Assembly (NCBI GenBank): GCA_041600415.1
Contig: JBFIKF010000004.1
Span: 208,327-272,326 of the forward strand
Direction of reading: 5' to 3'
DNA: 64,000 nucleotides
Source: Porticoccaceae bacterium
GTDB taxonomy: Bacteria; Pseudomonadota; Gammaproteobacteria; Pseudomonadales; Porticoccaceae
The translations under genes and the position numbers were made by a program. Of this stretch, positions 9,168 to 18,124 are shown piece by piece. A model generated the notes under the pieces. It made no database searches, was not told the origin of the DNA, and saw only the letters and a list, made by a program, of their open reading frames with translations. How positions within the stretch are numbered: the stretch's first letter is position 1; each line of letters starts with the position of its first letter.

Positions 9168-9431
9168 TTGTTGCGCAAAGCAGTACGGACCCACGAGCTA
9201 ATCTGGGTGCGCGCCCTGGCCGACTAGCTGGTTGAAGGGACCAAATCACGTACCAGTATGGCATAATGAGCGATCCTCAGGGAAATGATCATTCGCCCTC
9301 GCGGCGGAAAAACCAATGGCAACCAGGACACTGAAAATGGTACACAGGCGGCGGTATACGTTTGCTGAGTTGCGCTTAAAATCAAAAACAACATACCTCC
9401 GCCAGTCCCCATATCCTGTGGATAATGCCGC

Positions 9432-10166
9432 ATGTTAAATCCCGAAAAACGTGTAAAAATCTTTCTCAAAAAAAGAAAAATACGCCGAGAGACACCGCAG
9501 ATTTGGCTTTTACCTCAGGCCAAGTTTGGATATATACAAATCCCTAAAGTAGCGAGCCGCTCCATTCGCGCCGGTATTATAGAGATGGCGCGCAGGGAAA
9601 TGGAATACAGTATACCCCAACAAAGTAAATCGGACGCGCAAGTAGAAAAAATATTTAGCAGCCACATGCCACATAAAAAGCTCGCAGAATTAAGTAAAGA
9701 ATATTTTTTATTCGCATTTGTACGAAATCCGCTTACCCGCCTCTATTCAGCTTATATGAACAAGCTAATCGACCCTCAGCCCCGGGGTGGTCGAAACATT
9801 TTTTCTCACATGGATATGCCAATAGGCATGGCTTTCGAAAGCTTCGTCAAGCGCGTTGCGGAATTAAAAGATAATGAAATAGATCGTCATCTTAGACCTC
9901 AACGCTGGTTCCTGACCTGTGAAGGTCGACTTTTTACAAACTACGTCGGAAAGATGGAAACTTTTTCAGCCGACTGGACGGTGCTTCAGAACAAATTCAG
10001 CTTACCCTGCTTATCGCATAAAAATTCGAGTAGCGCGATGGGAATGCAAACTGGACACCGGTTCACACGTCGGCTCGCAGAAATCGCGATTGAGCGCTAC
10101 AAAGATGACATAGAGCTATTCGGATATGGGGATCAGGTGCGGCAATTTATGGATGGACTGAATTGA
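9432..10166 (+). CDS. Carbohydrate sulfotransferase (Sulfotransfer_2-like, PAPS-dependent)
   Basis: 5'-PSB-like IPKVASRSIRAG, 3'-PB-like FAFVRNPLTRLYSAY, and DRHLRPQ. The gene is AT-rich. Confidence 0.65.
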   Translation: MLNPEKRVKIFLKKRKIRRETPQIWLLPQAKFGYIQIPKVASRSIRAGIIEMARREMEYSIPQQSKSDAQVEKIFSSHMPHKKLAELSKEYFLFAFVRNPLTRLYSAYMNKLIDPQPRGGRNIFSHMDMPIGMAFESFVKRVAELKDNEIDRHLRPQRWFLTCEGRLFTNYVGKMETFSADWTVLQNKFSLPCLSHKNSSSAMGMQTGHRFTRRLAEIAIERYKDDIELFGYGDQVRQFMDGLN

Positions 10167-10524
10167 TTTATCGGGATTCTCTCGGGATACTTCCCGAATA
10201 CACACCGATGCGTCGCGCCAGTTTATTCCGTGCATCCTGCAAATGCTAGCCGTGGACCGCAAACTTACGGCAACCGGCGGGGAGCTTGATTCCTGCTCGC
10301 GGCATGTGGTGTAAGGGTCACCAATGCGGCAGGATAATATATCGTCCCGTCTTGAGCTAAATGTTGGACGTTTTAAACGCGTTTTCGGTTTCCAGGCAGA
10401 CGTATGATAAGATCCAATCGTCGCGCGAAGCCTGTTTTAGCTATTTGCACACGATCTGAGCAGGTCGGGATGCTCTTAAATTATTTTCTGCTTAGGTCAT
10501 TCTAAAAAAACTATATTCATACCG

Positions 10525-11127
10525 ATGACGCCCGTGAAGAAAATATTGTTTATCTCACTATTAATATTCGTCACCTGGAAACTAACCAACGGGCCAGGCG
10601 AGGTAACCCTTGGCCCTGGCGTCATGGCGAAGGATGCGCCCGTGCAACAGAATGCAGTTTTGTCACAAAAATTCCAGCTGGACGATTACGAAATTACCCC
10701 TACGGCGCGCTTTGACATCAGGGCCAAAGTGCTGGGCAGCAAGAGCTACACCTTTGGGCGCGAAGCGGATGTATCTCCGATCGATCTCACTTTGGGATGG
10801 GGGCCCATGTCCGACGAAAGAATTTTGCAGACAATACAAATCTCGCAAAGTAATCGTTTCTATCGATGGCGCGTGAAGGAGTTTCCAATACCCCGTCGCG
10901 AAATCGAAACGAACAGTGCCAATATGCACATGATTCCAGCTAATAAAACTATCGCAAAAAAAATTAAGGCGGCCCGCCAGGGAGATATTATTAAACTCTC
11001 TGGCCACCTGGTAAATGTCAGCGCTCCGGACGGATGGATGTGGAAAAGCTCCCTTACTCGTCAAGATACCGGTAGTGGCGCCTGTGAATTGATCTGGGTT
11101 GAACAATTTGATGTGCTCACTCTGTAA
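10525..11127 (+). CDS. Conserved hypothetical protein with an N-terminal membrane anchor
   Basis: 200 aa. It has a hydrophobic N-terminus KKILFISLLIFVTW, then a soluble domain with DLTLGWGPMSD and QDTGSGACELIWV. I recognise no family. Confidence 0.5.
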   Translation: MTPVKKILFISLLIFVTWKLTNGPGEVTLGPGVMAKDAPVQQNAVLSQKFQLDDYEITPTARFDIRAKVLGSKSYTFGREADVSPIDLTLGWGPMSDERILQTIQISQSNRFYRWRVKEFPIPRREIETNSANMHMIPANKTIAKKIKAARQGDIIKLSGHLVNVSAPDGWMWKSSLTRQDTGSGACELIWVEQFDVLTL

Positions 11128-11231
11128 ACGATGTGCCCCTAACGGCATGACTGAATATTCCACACCACTGCTCTGCGATCGTAGAACGATGCTACACTTC
11201 GTACACTTTCGGACAATACAAGGGGACTGCT

Positions 11232-11816
11232 ATGGCGCGTGTGGCAATAGTTAAAGGGGCAACTGGCGACGACCCGATGATCGCGGCGATATTCGATTGG
11301 GTCACCCAAATGGAGGGTGCTGTGCCAAACCACTTTTACGTCGAGATGAATTTTCCAGAACACTTCAAGGCGAAACTCAGCGCCACTCGCGTGCTATGGG
11401 AAATGGGCGAGTTATCCCTTGAGGAGATTCAACACGTTGGCATTCTGGTTTCCCGGGATAATGGCTGTGCCTACTGTACGGCGGCGTTTTGCACCATTCT
11501 CAATCACGGCCTGGGCGCCCCTGAAAGCGGCGTAAAAACATTGGTCAGCCAGGGTGTTGAAGCGGTAACCGATCCGCGGCTTAAAGCGATTCTAACGTTC
11601 GCTCTGAAGATCAACAAATATCCTGAAACGACAACCGACGCTGATATGGACGTGTTGCGCGCTCAGGGGCTAACTGACAAAGGTATTGTGCAGCTTGTGC
11701 ATCTGGTGAGTGATTTTGCGTCGTACAATCGCCTTAATCTGGTGCTGCAAACCGACTACGATTACCGCGACCTGTGGCGCGCGGCTGCGCAGTTAGAGCC
11801 ATCCGAATCGTCCTGA
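11232..11816 (+). CDS. AhpD-like / carboxymuconolactone decarboxylase family protein
   Basis: 194 aa with the CxxC motif in DNGCAYCTAAFC and a helical repeat typical of the CMD/AhpD fold. Confidence 0.6.
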   Translation: MARVAIVKGATGDDPMIAAIFDWVTQMEGAVPNHFYVEMNFPEHFKAKLSATRVLWEMGELSLEEIQHVGILVSRDNGCAYCTAAFCTILNHGLGAPESGVKTLVSQGVEAVTDPRLKAILTFALKINKYPETTTDADMDVLRAQGLTDKGIVQLVHLVSDFASYNRLNLVLQTDYDYRDLWRAAAQLEPSESS

Positions 11817-11961
11817 CTATTGCGGGATTACCTGCGACTGGAAGTCCCCAATCGCAGAGCCCGAAATCTTCGAATCAGGGAAGCGGCGGCGTCCACAGGT
11901 CTGTCATAATTACACCTGTCGTAGTCCAGAACGGCATGCACTTTGATGCTTGATACCTGTA

Positions 11962-12690
11962 ATGCGTAAAAACTATCGTCCAACAACTCGGAGGCGTCCT
12001 TGGCTCGTCAGGGGTTTTTTGTGTGCCCTTGTGGGGTTAGTTGGCCTTCCGGTACTTGTGATTCTGAGCCTGCGCTGGATACCACCACCCACCAGCGCAT
12101 TTATGCTGGGATGGCAAATCGACCATAGTTTCAGGAATCTGCCCGCACAAGCAAAACTTCACTATCGATGGACGCCGTGGGAGCAGATTTCACCGTTTGC
12201 GCCGCTGGCCGTGATCGCCGCCGAAGATCAAAAATTTCCCGATCACTGGGGTTTTGATTTTACCGCGATTAGTGCAGCGCTCGACCACAGTCAGCGCGGT
12301 GGCCGCCTGCGAGGCGCGAGTACCATTAGCCAGCAAGTGGCCAAGAATCTGTTTTTATGGTCGGGGCGCAGTTTTATCAGAAAGGGACTGGAAGCCTACC
12401 TGACCCTACTAATTGAAACCCTGTGGCCAAAACAGCGTATTCTTGAAGTCTACCTGAATGTGGTCGAATTTGGCGATGGCGTGTACGGCGTCAATGCTGC
12501 GGCTGAACAGTTTTTTGGAACCACGCCGTCGCGACTTACCCATACCGAGGCGGCGCGCCTGGCCGCTGTGTTACCAAACCCCAAAGGCTTTAGCGCGGCC
12601 CACCCATCGGCGTATGTTTGGCAACGGGTGCGCTGGATCAGGAGCCAGATGAATCAACTTGGCGGTACTGCATACCTGAAAAAGTTGTGA
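11962..12690 (+). CDS. mtgA: Monofunctional peptidoglycan glycosyltransferase
   Basis: GT51 motifs AAEDQKFPDHWGFD, GASTISQQVAKN and RILEVYLNVVEFG, plus a single N-terminal TM segment. I prefer the ATG at 11962 over the TTG at 11950. Confidence 0.9.
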   Translation: MRKNYRPTTRRRPWLVRGFLCALVGLVGLPVLVILSLRWIPPPTSAFMLGWQIDHSFRNLPAQAKLHYRWTPWEQISPFAPLAVIAAEDQKFPDHWGFDFTAISAALDHSQRGGRLRGASTISQQVAKNLFLWSGRSFIRKGLEAYLTLLIETLWPKQRILEVYLNVVEFGDGVYGVNAAAEQFFGTTPSRLTHTEAARLAAVLPNPKGFSAAHPSAYVWQRVRWIRSQMNQLGGTAYLKKL

Positions 12691-12765
12691 CGGAAACAAA
12701 TAAATTACCGCCCACTACGCAGAATGCCAGGGCCCAGAAGTAGACCCTGGCAACCCACAGGTCAA

Positions 12766-13248
12766 TCACAATTTGCTTAACACATGATCCGCGGCGCTAA
12801 CTTTAAATTTACCCGGCTCCTCGATCAGTGCATCGACCACCCTGCCGTTATCAACGATCAACGCAAACCGTTGGCCGCGCTTGCCCATGCCGAAACCGCT
12901 GGCATCCAGCTCCAACCCCAGCGCCTTGCTGTACTCGCCGTTGCCGTCGGCAAGCATGGTTACCTTGCCATCCGCGCCAGCCTGTTTGCCCCAGGCGTCC
13001 ATCACGAACACATCATTGACGGCCATGCAGGCGATGGTATCGACGCCTTTCGCCTTGAAGGCGCTCGCCTGCTCAATAAACCCCGGTAAATGTTCCCGGG
13101 AACAGGTGGGGGTAAACGCCCCCGGCACGGAAAACAGCACGACTTTTTTGCCACTGAACAACGCATCACTGGTCAGAGAACCGGGACCGTCTGCCTTCAT
13201 TATGGTGAAACGCCCTTCCGGGACCTGATCACCCGCTTTAATTGTCAT
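12766..13248 (-). CDS. Prx5-type peroxiredoxin
   Basis: 160 aa with the peroxidatic motif VPGAFTPTCS. Confidence 0.85.
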   Translation of the reverse strand: MTIKAGDQVPEGRFTIMKADGPGSLTSDALFSGKKVVLFSVPGAFTPTCSREHLPGFIEQASAFKAKGVDTIACMAVNDVFVMDAWGKQAGADGKVTMLADGNGEYSKALGLELDASGFGMGKRGQRFALIVDNGRVVDALIEEPGKFKVSAADHVLSKL

Positions 13249-13337
13249 ACATCTCTCCTTTCGCTGAATATCTGGAAGTGGACCTTGATTTTTGCCGACA
13301 AAAAATTATCGCACCGAAACGTTTAACTAACCAGAGG

Positions 13338-14498
13338 CTATTTGTACGCCACGCCAATACTGCCGATGGTTTCCCTAGCGATAATGGTTTTCATAATCTG
13401 CGCCGTACCATCGCCGATTTGTAGACCCATTACATCGCGCAGCCGTTGCTGGTGGGGCAGATCCATGGTGTAGCCGTAGTGGCCATGCAGCAACAGGCAA
13501 TTTTGAATAATATCCGTGGACCACTTGGGCCCCATCCACTTCACCATCGCCGCTTCCTTGGTATGCTCGATACCGCGATCGCGCATGGCCAGAGTCTGAT
13601 AGCACAGGGCGCGCACCGCCGCCAGCATACTTTCGTGTTCGGCAAGTGGAAAGGTCGTCCCCTGAAATTTAGCCAGCGGACGCCCAAATGCCTCGCGCTT
13701 CTGAATGTATTGCCAGGTCTCGTCAACCGACGCCTGCGCCGAACCAATGCACTGCAGCGCGATAAGCACCCGACTCAGGTCAAACCCCACCATGACCTTG
13801 GTGAAACCTTCACCCTCCTTTCCGAGTAAACAGGTTTCAGGAATTTCCACATCATCAAAAAACACCTGCCCGCGACCAACCGCTTTGGTGCCCACATCAT
13901 CGAAACTGGTACAGGTCACCCCCGGCACATCGAGGGGCGCCAAAAACGCCGAGACGCCGTGAGCGCCGGGTTTGTTTTGGTCGGTGCGCGCGAACAACAG
14001 CATCATCTCTGCCTGATCGCTGTAAGTGATGGAGGTTTTTTCTCCATTCAGTATGTAACGATCACCCTTTTTTTCGGCCTTGACCATCAGGCTAGCCGCA
14101 TCCGACCCACCGCGGGGCTCCGTCAAACCCAGTTGAATCAATATCTCCCCGGCGGCCACTTTCGGTAGAATATCTGCTTTCATGTCCTCGCTGCCGTGAT
14201 CCTGAATCACACCGCCGATAAGCGGCGACGTCATGCAGGGGTAGCTCAGACTGAGATCGGCATAGGCAATCGCTTCACACACCAGGCCGGCTACCACACT
14301 GGACCCACCAATCCCGCCATATTCCTCCCCCAGAGTCGGCGCCACCAGGCCAAGGGCGCCCATTTCCCGCAATAATTTGCGATCAATAATATTGACTTTA
14401 TCGCGGGCCAGGTAGCCGTCCTTAAGCCGTTCGCGAGCAAAGCGTTCGGCGGTGTCCTTAATAAATAAATCTTCTTCCGACAACCAGGGCATAGTCAT
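13338..14498 (-). CDS. Acyl-CoA dehydrogenase (last gene of the atu-like operon)
   Basis: 386 aa with ACAD layout (LGEEYGGIGG, LTEPRGGSD, C-terminal IGDGTAQIMK). Confidence 0.85.
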   Translation of the reverse strand: MTMPWLSEEDLFIKDTAERFARERLKDGYLARDKVNIIDRKLLREMGALGLVAPTLGEEYGGIGGSSVVAGLVCEAIAYADLSLSYPCMTSPLIGGVIQDHGSEDMKADILPKVAAGEILIQLGLTEPRGGSDAASLMVKAEKKGDRYILNGEKTSITYSDQAEMMLLFARTDQNKPGAHGVSAFLAPLDVPGVTCTSFDDVGTKAVGRGQVFFDDVEIPETCLLGKEGEGFTKVMVGFDLSRVLIALQCIGSAQASVDETWQYIQKREAFGRPLAKFQGTTFPLAEHESMLAAVRALCYQTLAMRDRGIEHTKEAAMVKWMGPKWSTDIIQNCLLLHGHYGYTMDLPHQQRLRDVMGLQIGDGTAQIMKTIIARETIGSIGVAYK

Positions 14499-14537
14499 GT
14501 ATTTTCCTCGTGCTTTCAGCGTGTAACGTTAGTGAAT

Positions 14538-16184
14538 TTATTGCGCAGGATTGCGTAAGGTTTTTGCAATTTCGCGTAGTTCAAATTTCTGTATTTTCCC
14601 ACTGGCAGTGCGCGGCATTGCGGAAATTATCTCGAGATGTTCCGGAAAATAATTTTTCGCAAGCTTGTGCTTAACAAGAAATTCTTTCATATCACTAAAC
14701 GTAAATGTTTTTCCTTCCTCAAGAGTTACGAAACAGCAACCGATTTCGCCGAGACGCTCATCAGGCATGGCAACCACCGCACAATCCAGGATATCAGGAT
14801 GGGTATACAGCAGGTTTTCAACTTCGACGATTGGGATATTCTCGCCACCACGAATAATAATATCTTTGGAGCGCCCGGTGATACGGATATAACCGTCCTT
14901 GTCCATGGTTGCCAAATCGCCGGTGTCAAAAAACCCTTCGGCATCCAGCTGATAGGCATCGGGGTTTTTCAAATATCCGATAAACGTCGAGGGACTGGCT
15001 TCTACCAGACGACCCTCCATGCCGGGCGGTAGCGGGTTGTTTTGATCGTCGACCACCTTGACTGCACTGCCGGGCACCGCTTTGCCATCGGTACCCACAA
15101 TTTTTTCGCGCGGATCATTCAGCTGAGTTGTGGTCACCACGCCACATTCTGTCATACCCCATACCGCAATTAAATGGATGTCGAGCTGTGCGATCGCTTT
15201 TTCTGCGAGAACTCTCGGAATAGGCGCACCGCCGCACACAAATATTCGAAAACGCTCGGAATTACATTCGTCCGCACTTTCCGAGTTAGTTAAATCCGAC
15301 AGAAAGGGCGTCGCGCCCATGGCAAACGATGCCTGCTCGTCAGCCATCAGGCGCCACGCCAAACCTACATTCCAGGTATCCAGTAAAATTGCCTTGGTTT
15401 TCAGCACAATCGGTAACCACATGCCCGCCAGAAAACCGGTTAAATGGGCCAGCGGAGAACCCATAAAAATATTGTCATCCTCATTCAACGCGCAGCGCTC
15501 AATCATCTGATGCACGCTAAACAAAAACGTATTAGCGCTATGCATAACACCTTTGGGCATACCCGTTGTCCCTGAGGTGTACATCAGCAAGATTACGTCG
15601 TTGGGATTTAATTCTCGCTCCTTGAAAAGGGCCACTGTGTCGCCTGAGGGTCGATGATTAAGTAACGCATTCTCAAAACTGTTTTCACCCTCGCCACCGA
15701 CTACGAACAAGTGCTGCAGGTGAGGTAATTCGCCGCGCATTTCCTCCAACATTTTTTCATGGTCAAAACCACGAAACAATTTGGGTATGATCAACACTTT
15801 CGATTCAGCGTAGTCCACCATAAACGATAATTCGCGATCGCGAAAAATCGGCATCAGCGGATTACTCACTGCGCCAATGCGCAGACAGGCAAGGTGAATA
15901 ACCACAAATTCCCACCAGTTGGGCAATTGAAACGACACCACGTCCTGCTTTTCGATGCCATAGTGCGCCAGTGCTGCGGCTACATGATTAGCGCGCTCAT
16001 TCAGCTGGCGATAGGTGACGGCAATTTTTTTTCCGCTCTCGGCACGATAATCGACAATCGCTATTTCATCGGGGTTTTTCGCCACCGCCGCTGCAAAGTA
16101 ATCCAGTAAATTTTTGTCGTGCCACCAACCTTCGCGCCGCATTTTTTCTGCTCGGGCTATCGGCAAAATAGGGTCAACTATCAT
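14538..16184 (-). CDS. AMP-dependent acyl-CoA synthetase/ligase
   Basis: AMP-binding motifs MYTSGTTGMPKGV, FDTGDLA and GRSKDIIIRGGENI. Confidence 0.88.
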   Translation of the reverse strand: MIVDPILPIARAEKMRREGWWHDKNLLDYFAAAVAKNPDEIAIVDYRAESGKKIAVTYRQLNERANHVAAALAHYGIEKQDVVSFQLPNWWEFVVIHLACLRIGAVSNPLMPIFRDRELSFMVDYAESKVLIIPKLFRGFDHEKMLEEMRGELPHLQHLFVVGGEGENSFENALLNHRPSGDTVALFKERELNPNDVILLMYTSGTTGMPKGVMHSANTFLFSVHQMIERCALNEDDNIFMGSPLAHLTGFLAGMWLPIVLKTKAILLDTWNVGLAWRLMADEQASFAMGATPFLSDLTNSESADECNSERFRIFVCGGAPIPRVLAEKAIAQLDIHLIAVWGMTECGVVTTTQLNDPREKIVGTDGKAVPGSAVKVVDDQNNPLPPGMEGRLVEASPSTFIGYLKNPDAYQLDAEGFFDTGDLATMDKDGYIRITGRSKDIIIRGGENIPIVEVENLLYTHPDILDCAVVAMPDERLGEIGCCFVTLEEGKTFTFSDMKEFLVKHKLAKNYFPEHLEIISAMPRTASGKIQKFELREIAKTLRNPAQ

Positions 16185-16236
16185 AACTTCTTCCTCGTAT
16201 AACGATATTATTAGGTTACAGTCGCGGCGCTCGTGT

Positions 16237-18051
16237 TTAGTACACCAAATCTACGGGCACGGCCACCGACATGGCCAGCATTTGTTGCGCATAGGTTTTA
16301 CCCTGCACATCGACATTTAACGACGCCACGCCCCCCTCGCCGAGGGCGTTTTCAAGTACAAAGTTCATAGCGCCAATACCGGGTAAATCAAAGCGCGTAA
16401 CGTCCCCCTGCAACACGTGGGAAAACCAATCGGCGACTCTTTCCGGGGTCAGTGCCGCGCGCAGGTAGGGCAGATATTCCGCTTTGCGGGCAATTACGCC
16501 GATATTGGCATTGTCGCCTTTATCACCACTGCGTGCGACTGCCAGTGATAGTAACGGTACCATTTTTGCGTACCCGGGCTCCGGAGTTGCCGCCGACCCT
16601 GCGCTGACAGGTATTTTCATCTCCGGTGTAAAGCTCGTACCGCCAGGGAACGGAGGCGCACAACTATGCCGGACGCCATCTACGTCGATCTCAACTGAAA
16701 CCAACTTTTTTTCCAGCAAAAAAGAATAGAGGCGTACTACCGGCGATACTTTTGGTCGTCCCGGCGCCCCGGCCGCACAGCGGCCCGTGGTAGAACTTAA
16801 CGCGGAACCCATTGCCTCGCGGGTAAACAGATCCACCCCCTGCGCCATATCGTGGTGTACCGACATTTTCAACACCACCTCACTACTCGGCGCCTGGCGT
16901 TCAAACTGCGCGGGATTCCACAACGCATTGGCGCCCAGCAGGTCTATGCGGGTTTTGCGAAAGTCAGGCCAGCCGCGCTCGCTAAACAGGCGACTGCTAC
17001 GACGCAATATAGCCCGCCCCATGGCGCGGGCCTTGGCCTCTGCGTCAAATCCGGTAATAGTTTGTGTAAAGGTGGCACGATAGCCATCAGGAAAAGTCGC
17101 GCATACTTTATAGGTCTCCGTGGGCGGATAACCCTTCGCGCCGCTTACCAGTACGCGATCATCGCCATGATCCATCAGGGTGACCTGGGAGAAATCACAC
17201 ACTACGTCGGGCACGATATAGGCCTGCGGATCGCCTATTTCATATAGCATCTGCTCCCCCACAGTATGCGCGGACACCAAACCACCTGTACCCCTGGGTT
17301 TGGTAATCACAAAAGTGCCATCCTCGGCGCATTCAGCGATGGGATACCCCATATTGTCCCAACCATCGCAGGACAATTGCCAATCGGTAAAATTCCCCCC
17401 CGTAACCTGACAGCCACATTCGATCAGGTGTCCCGCCAGAGTGCCTGCCGCGAGGCGATTGTAATCGTTCGCGGACCAGCCAAATTCGTGAATCAACGGC
17501 CCCAGCGTGACGGCACTATCGACAACCCGTCCGGTGATCACAATATCCGCCCCAGCAGCCAGCGCCTGCGCAATGGGAAAGGCGCCGAGGTAGGCGTTGA
17601 TACTCGCGATTTTTTTCGGAAACGGTTCGCCGGTAAACATTTCCCTGACGCCACTGGCACGCAACTGTTGCTCGCGGTCGAGTAAATCGTCACCTTCTAC
17701 AATCGCGATTTTAAGATCGACACCTGCCTCTTCGGTTACCTGCTGAATTGCTTTCTGACAGGCTTTTAGATTGACACCGCCGGCATTTGCCACTACGCGA
17801 ATACCCTGCGCGGCGATTTGCTTGATCAGTGGCTGAAGAATACCGGTAACAAAATCGGTAGCATAACCGGCATCCTCCGAACGGCTTTTGGCCTTGGCGA
17901 GAATGGACATGGTGACTTCGGCGAGATAATCGAATACCAGATAATCAACCCCACCGGATTTAACCAGTTGCGCGGCGCCCTCTGAGCTGTCGCCCCAGTA
18001 ACCCGCCGCGCCACCAATTTTTACAATTTTATCGCCCATATAAATTCTCAT
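16237..18051 (-). CDS. atuA: AtuA-family protein (DUF1446, acyclic terpene utilisation protein A-like)
   Basis: 604 aa. The N-terminus IGGAAGYWGDS...VDYLVFDYLAEVTMSILA is characteristic of AtuA/DUF1446. It sits between the carboxylase alpha subunit and the CoA ligase. Confidence 0.7.
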   Translation of the reverse strand: MRIYMGDKIVKIGGAAGYWGDSSEGAAQLVKSGGVDYLVFDYLAEVTMSILAKAKSRSEDAGYATDFVTGILQPLIKQIAAQGIRVVANAGGVNLKACQKAIQQVTEEAGVDLKIAIVEGDDLLDREQQLRASGVREMFTGEPFPKKIASINAYLGAFPIAQALAAGADIVITGRVVDSAVTLGPLIHEFGWSANDYNRLAAGTLAGHLIECGCQVTGGNFTDWQLSCDGWDNMGYPIAECAEDGTFVITKPRGTGGLVSAHTVGEQMLYEIGDPQAYIVPDVVCDFSQVTLMDHGDDRVLVSGAKGYPPTETYKVCATFPDGYRATFTQTITGFDAEAKARAMGRAILRRSSRLFSERGWPDFRKTRIDLLGANALWNPAQFERQAPSSEVVLKMSVHHDMAQGVDLFTREAMGSALSSTTGRCAAGAPGRPKVSPVVRLYSFLLEKKLVSVEIDVDGVRHSCAPPFPGGTSFTPEMKIPVSAGSAATPEPGYAKMVPLLSLAVARSGDKGDNANIGVIARKAEYLPYLRAALTPERVADWFSHVLQGDVTRFDLPGIGAMNFVLENALGEGGVASLNVDVQGKTYAQQMLAMSVAVPVDLVY

Positions 18052-18124
18052 GTTTGCGTACGGAATTATTGCACCGTGCTATTTATTCAACGCGTAACTT
18101 TTTCGTCAAAAAACTCCCAGTCGA

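Noticed and set aside
12726-12751. Inverted repeat GCCAGGG...CCCTGGC between convergent mtgA and the peroxiredoxin gene, and TCGGGA-TACT-TCCCGA at 10182-10197 after the sulfotransferase.
   Set aside because: Neither has a U-tract on either strand. In the first the loop is 12 nt. They are too weak to call as terminators.
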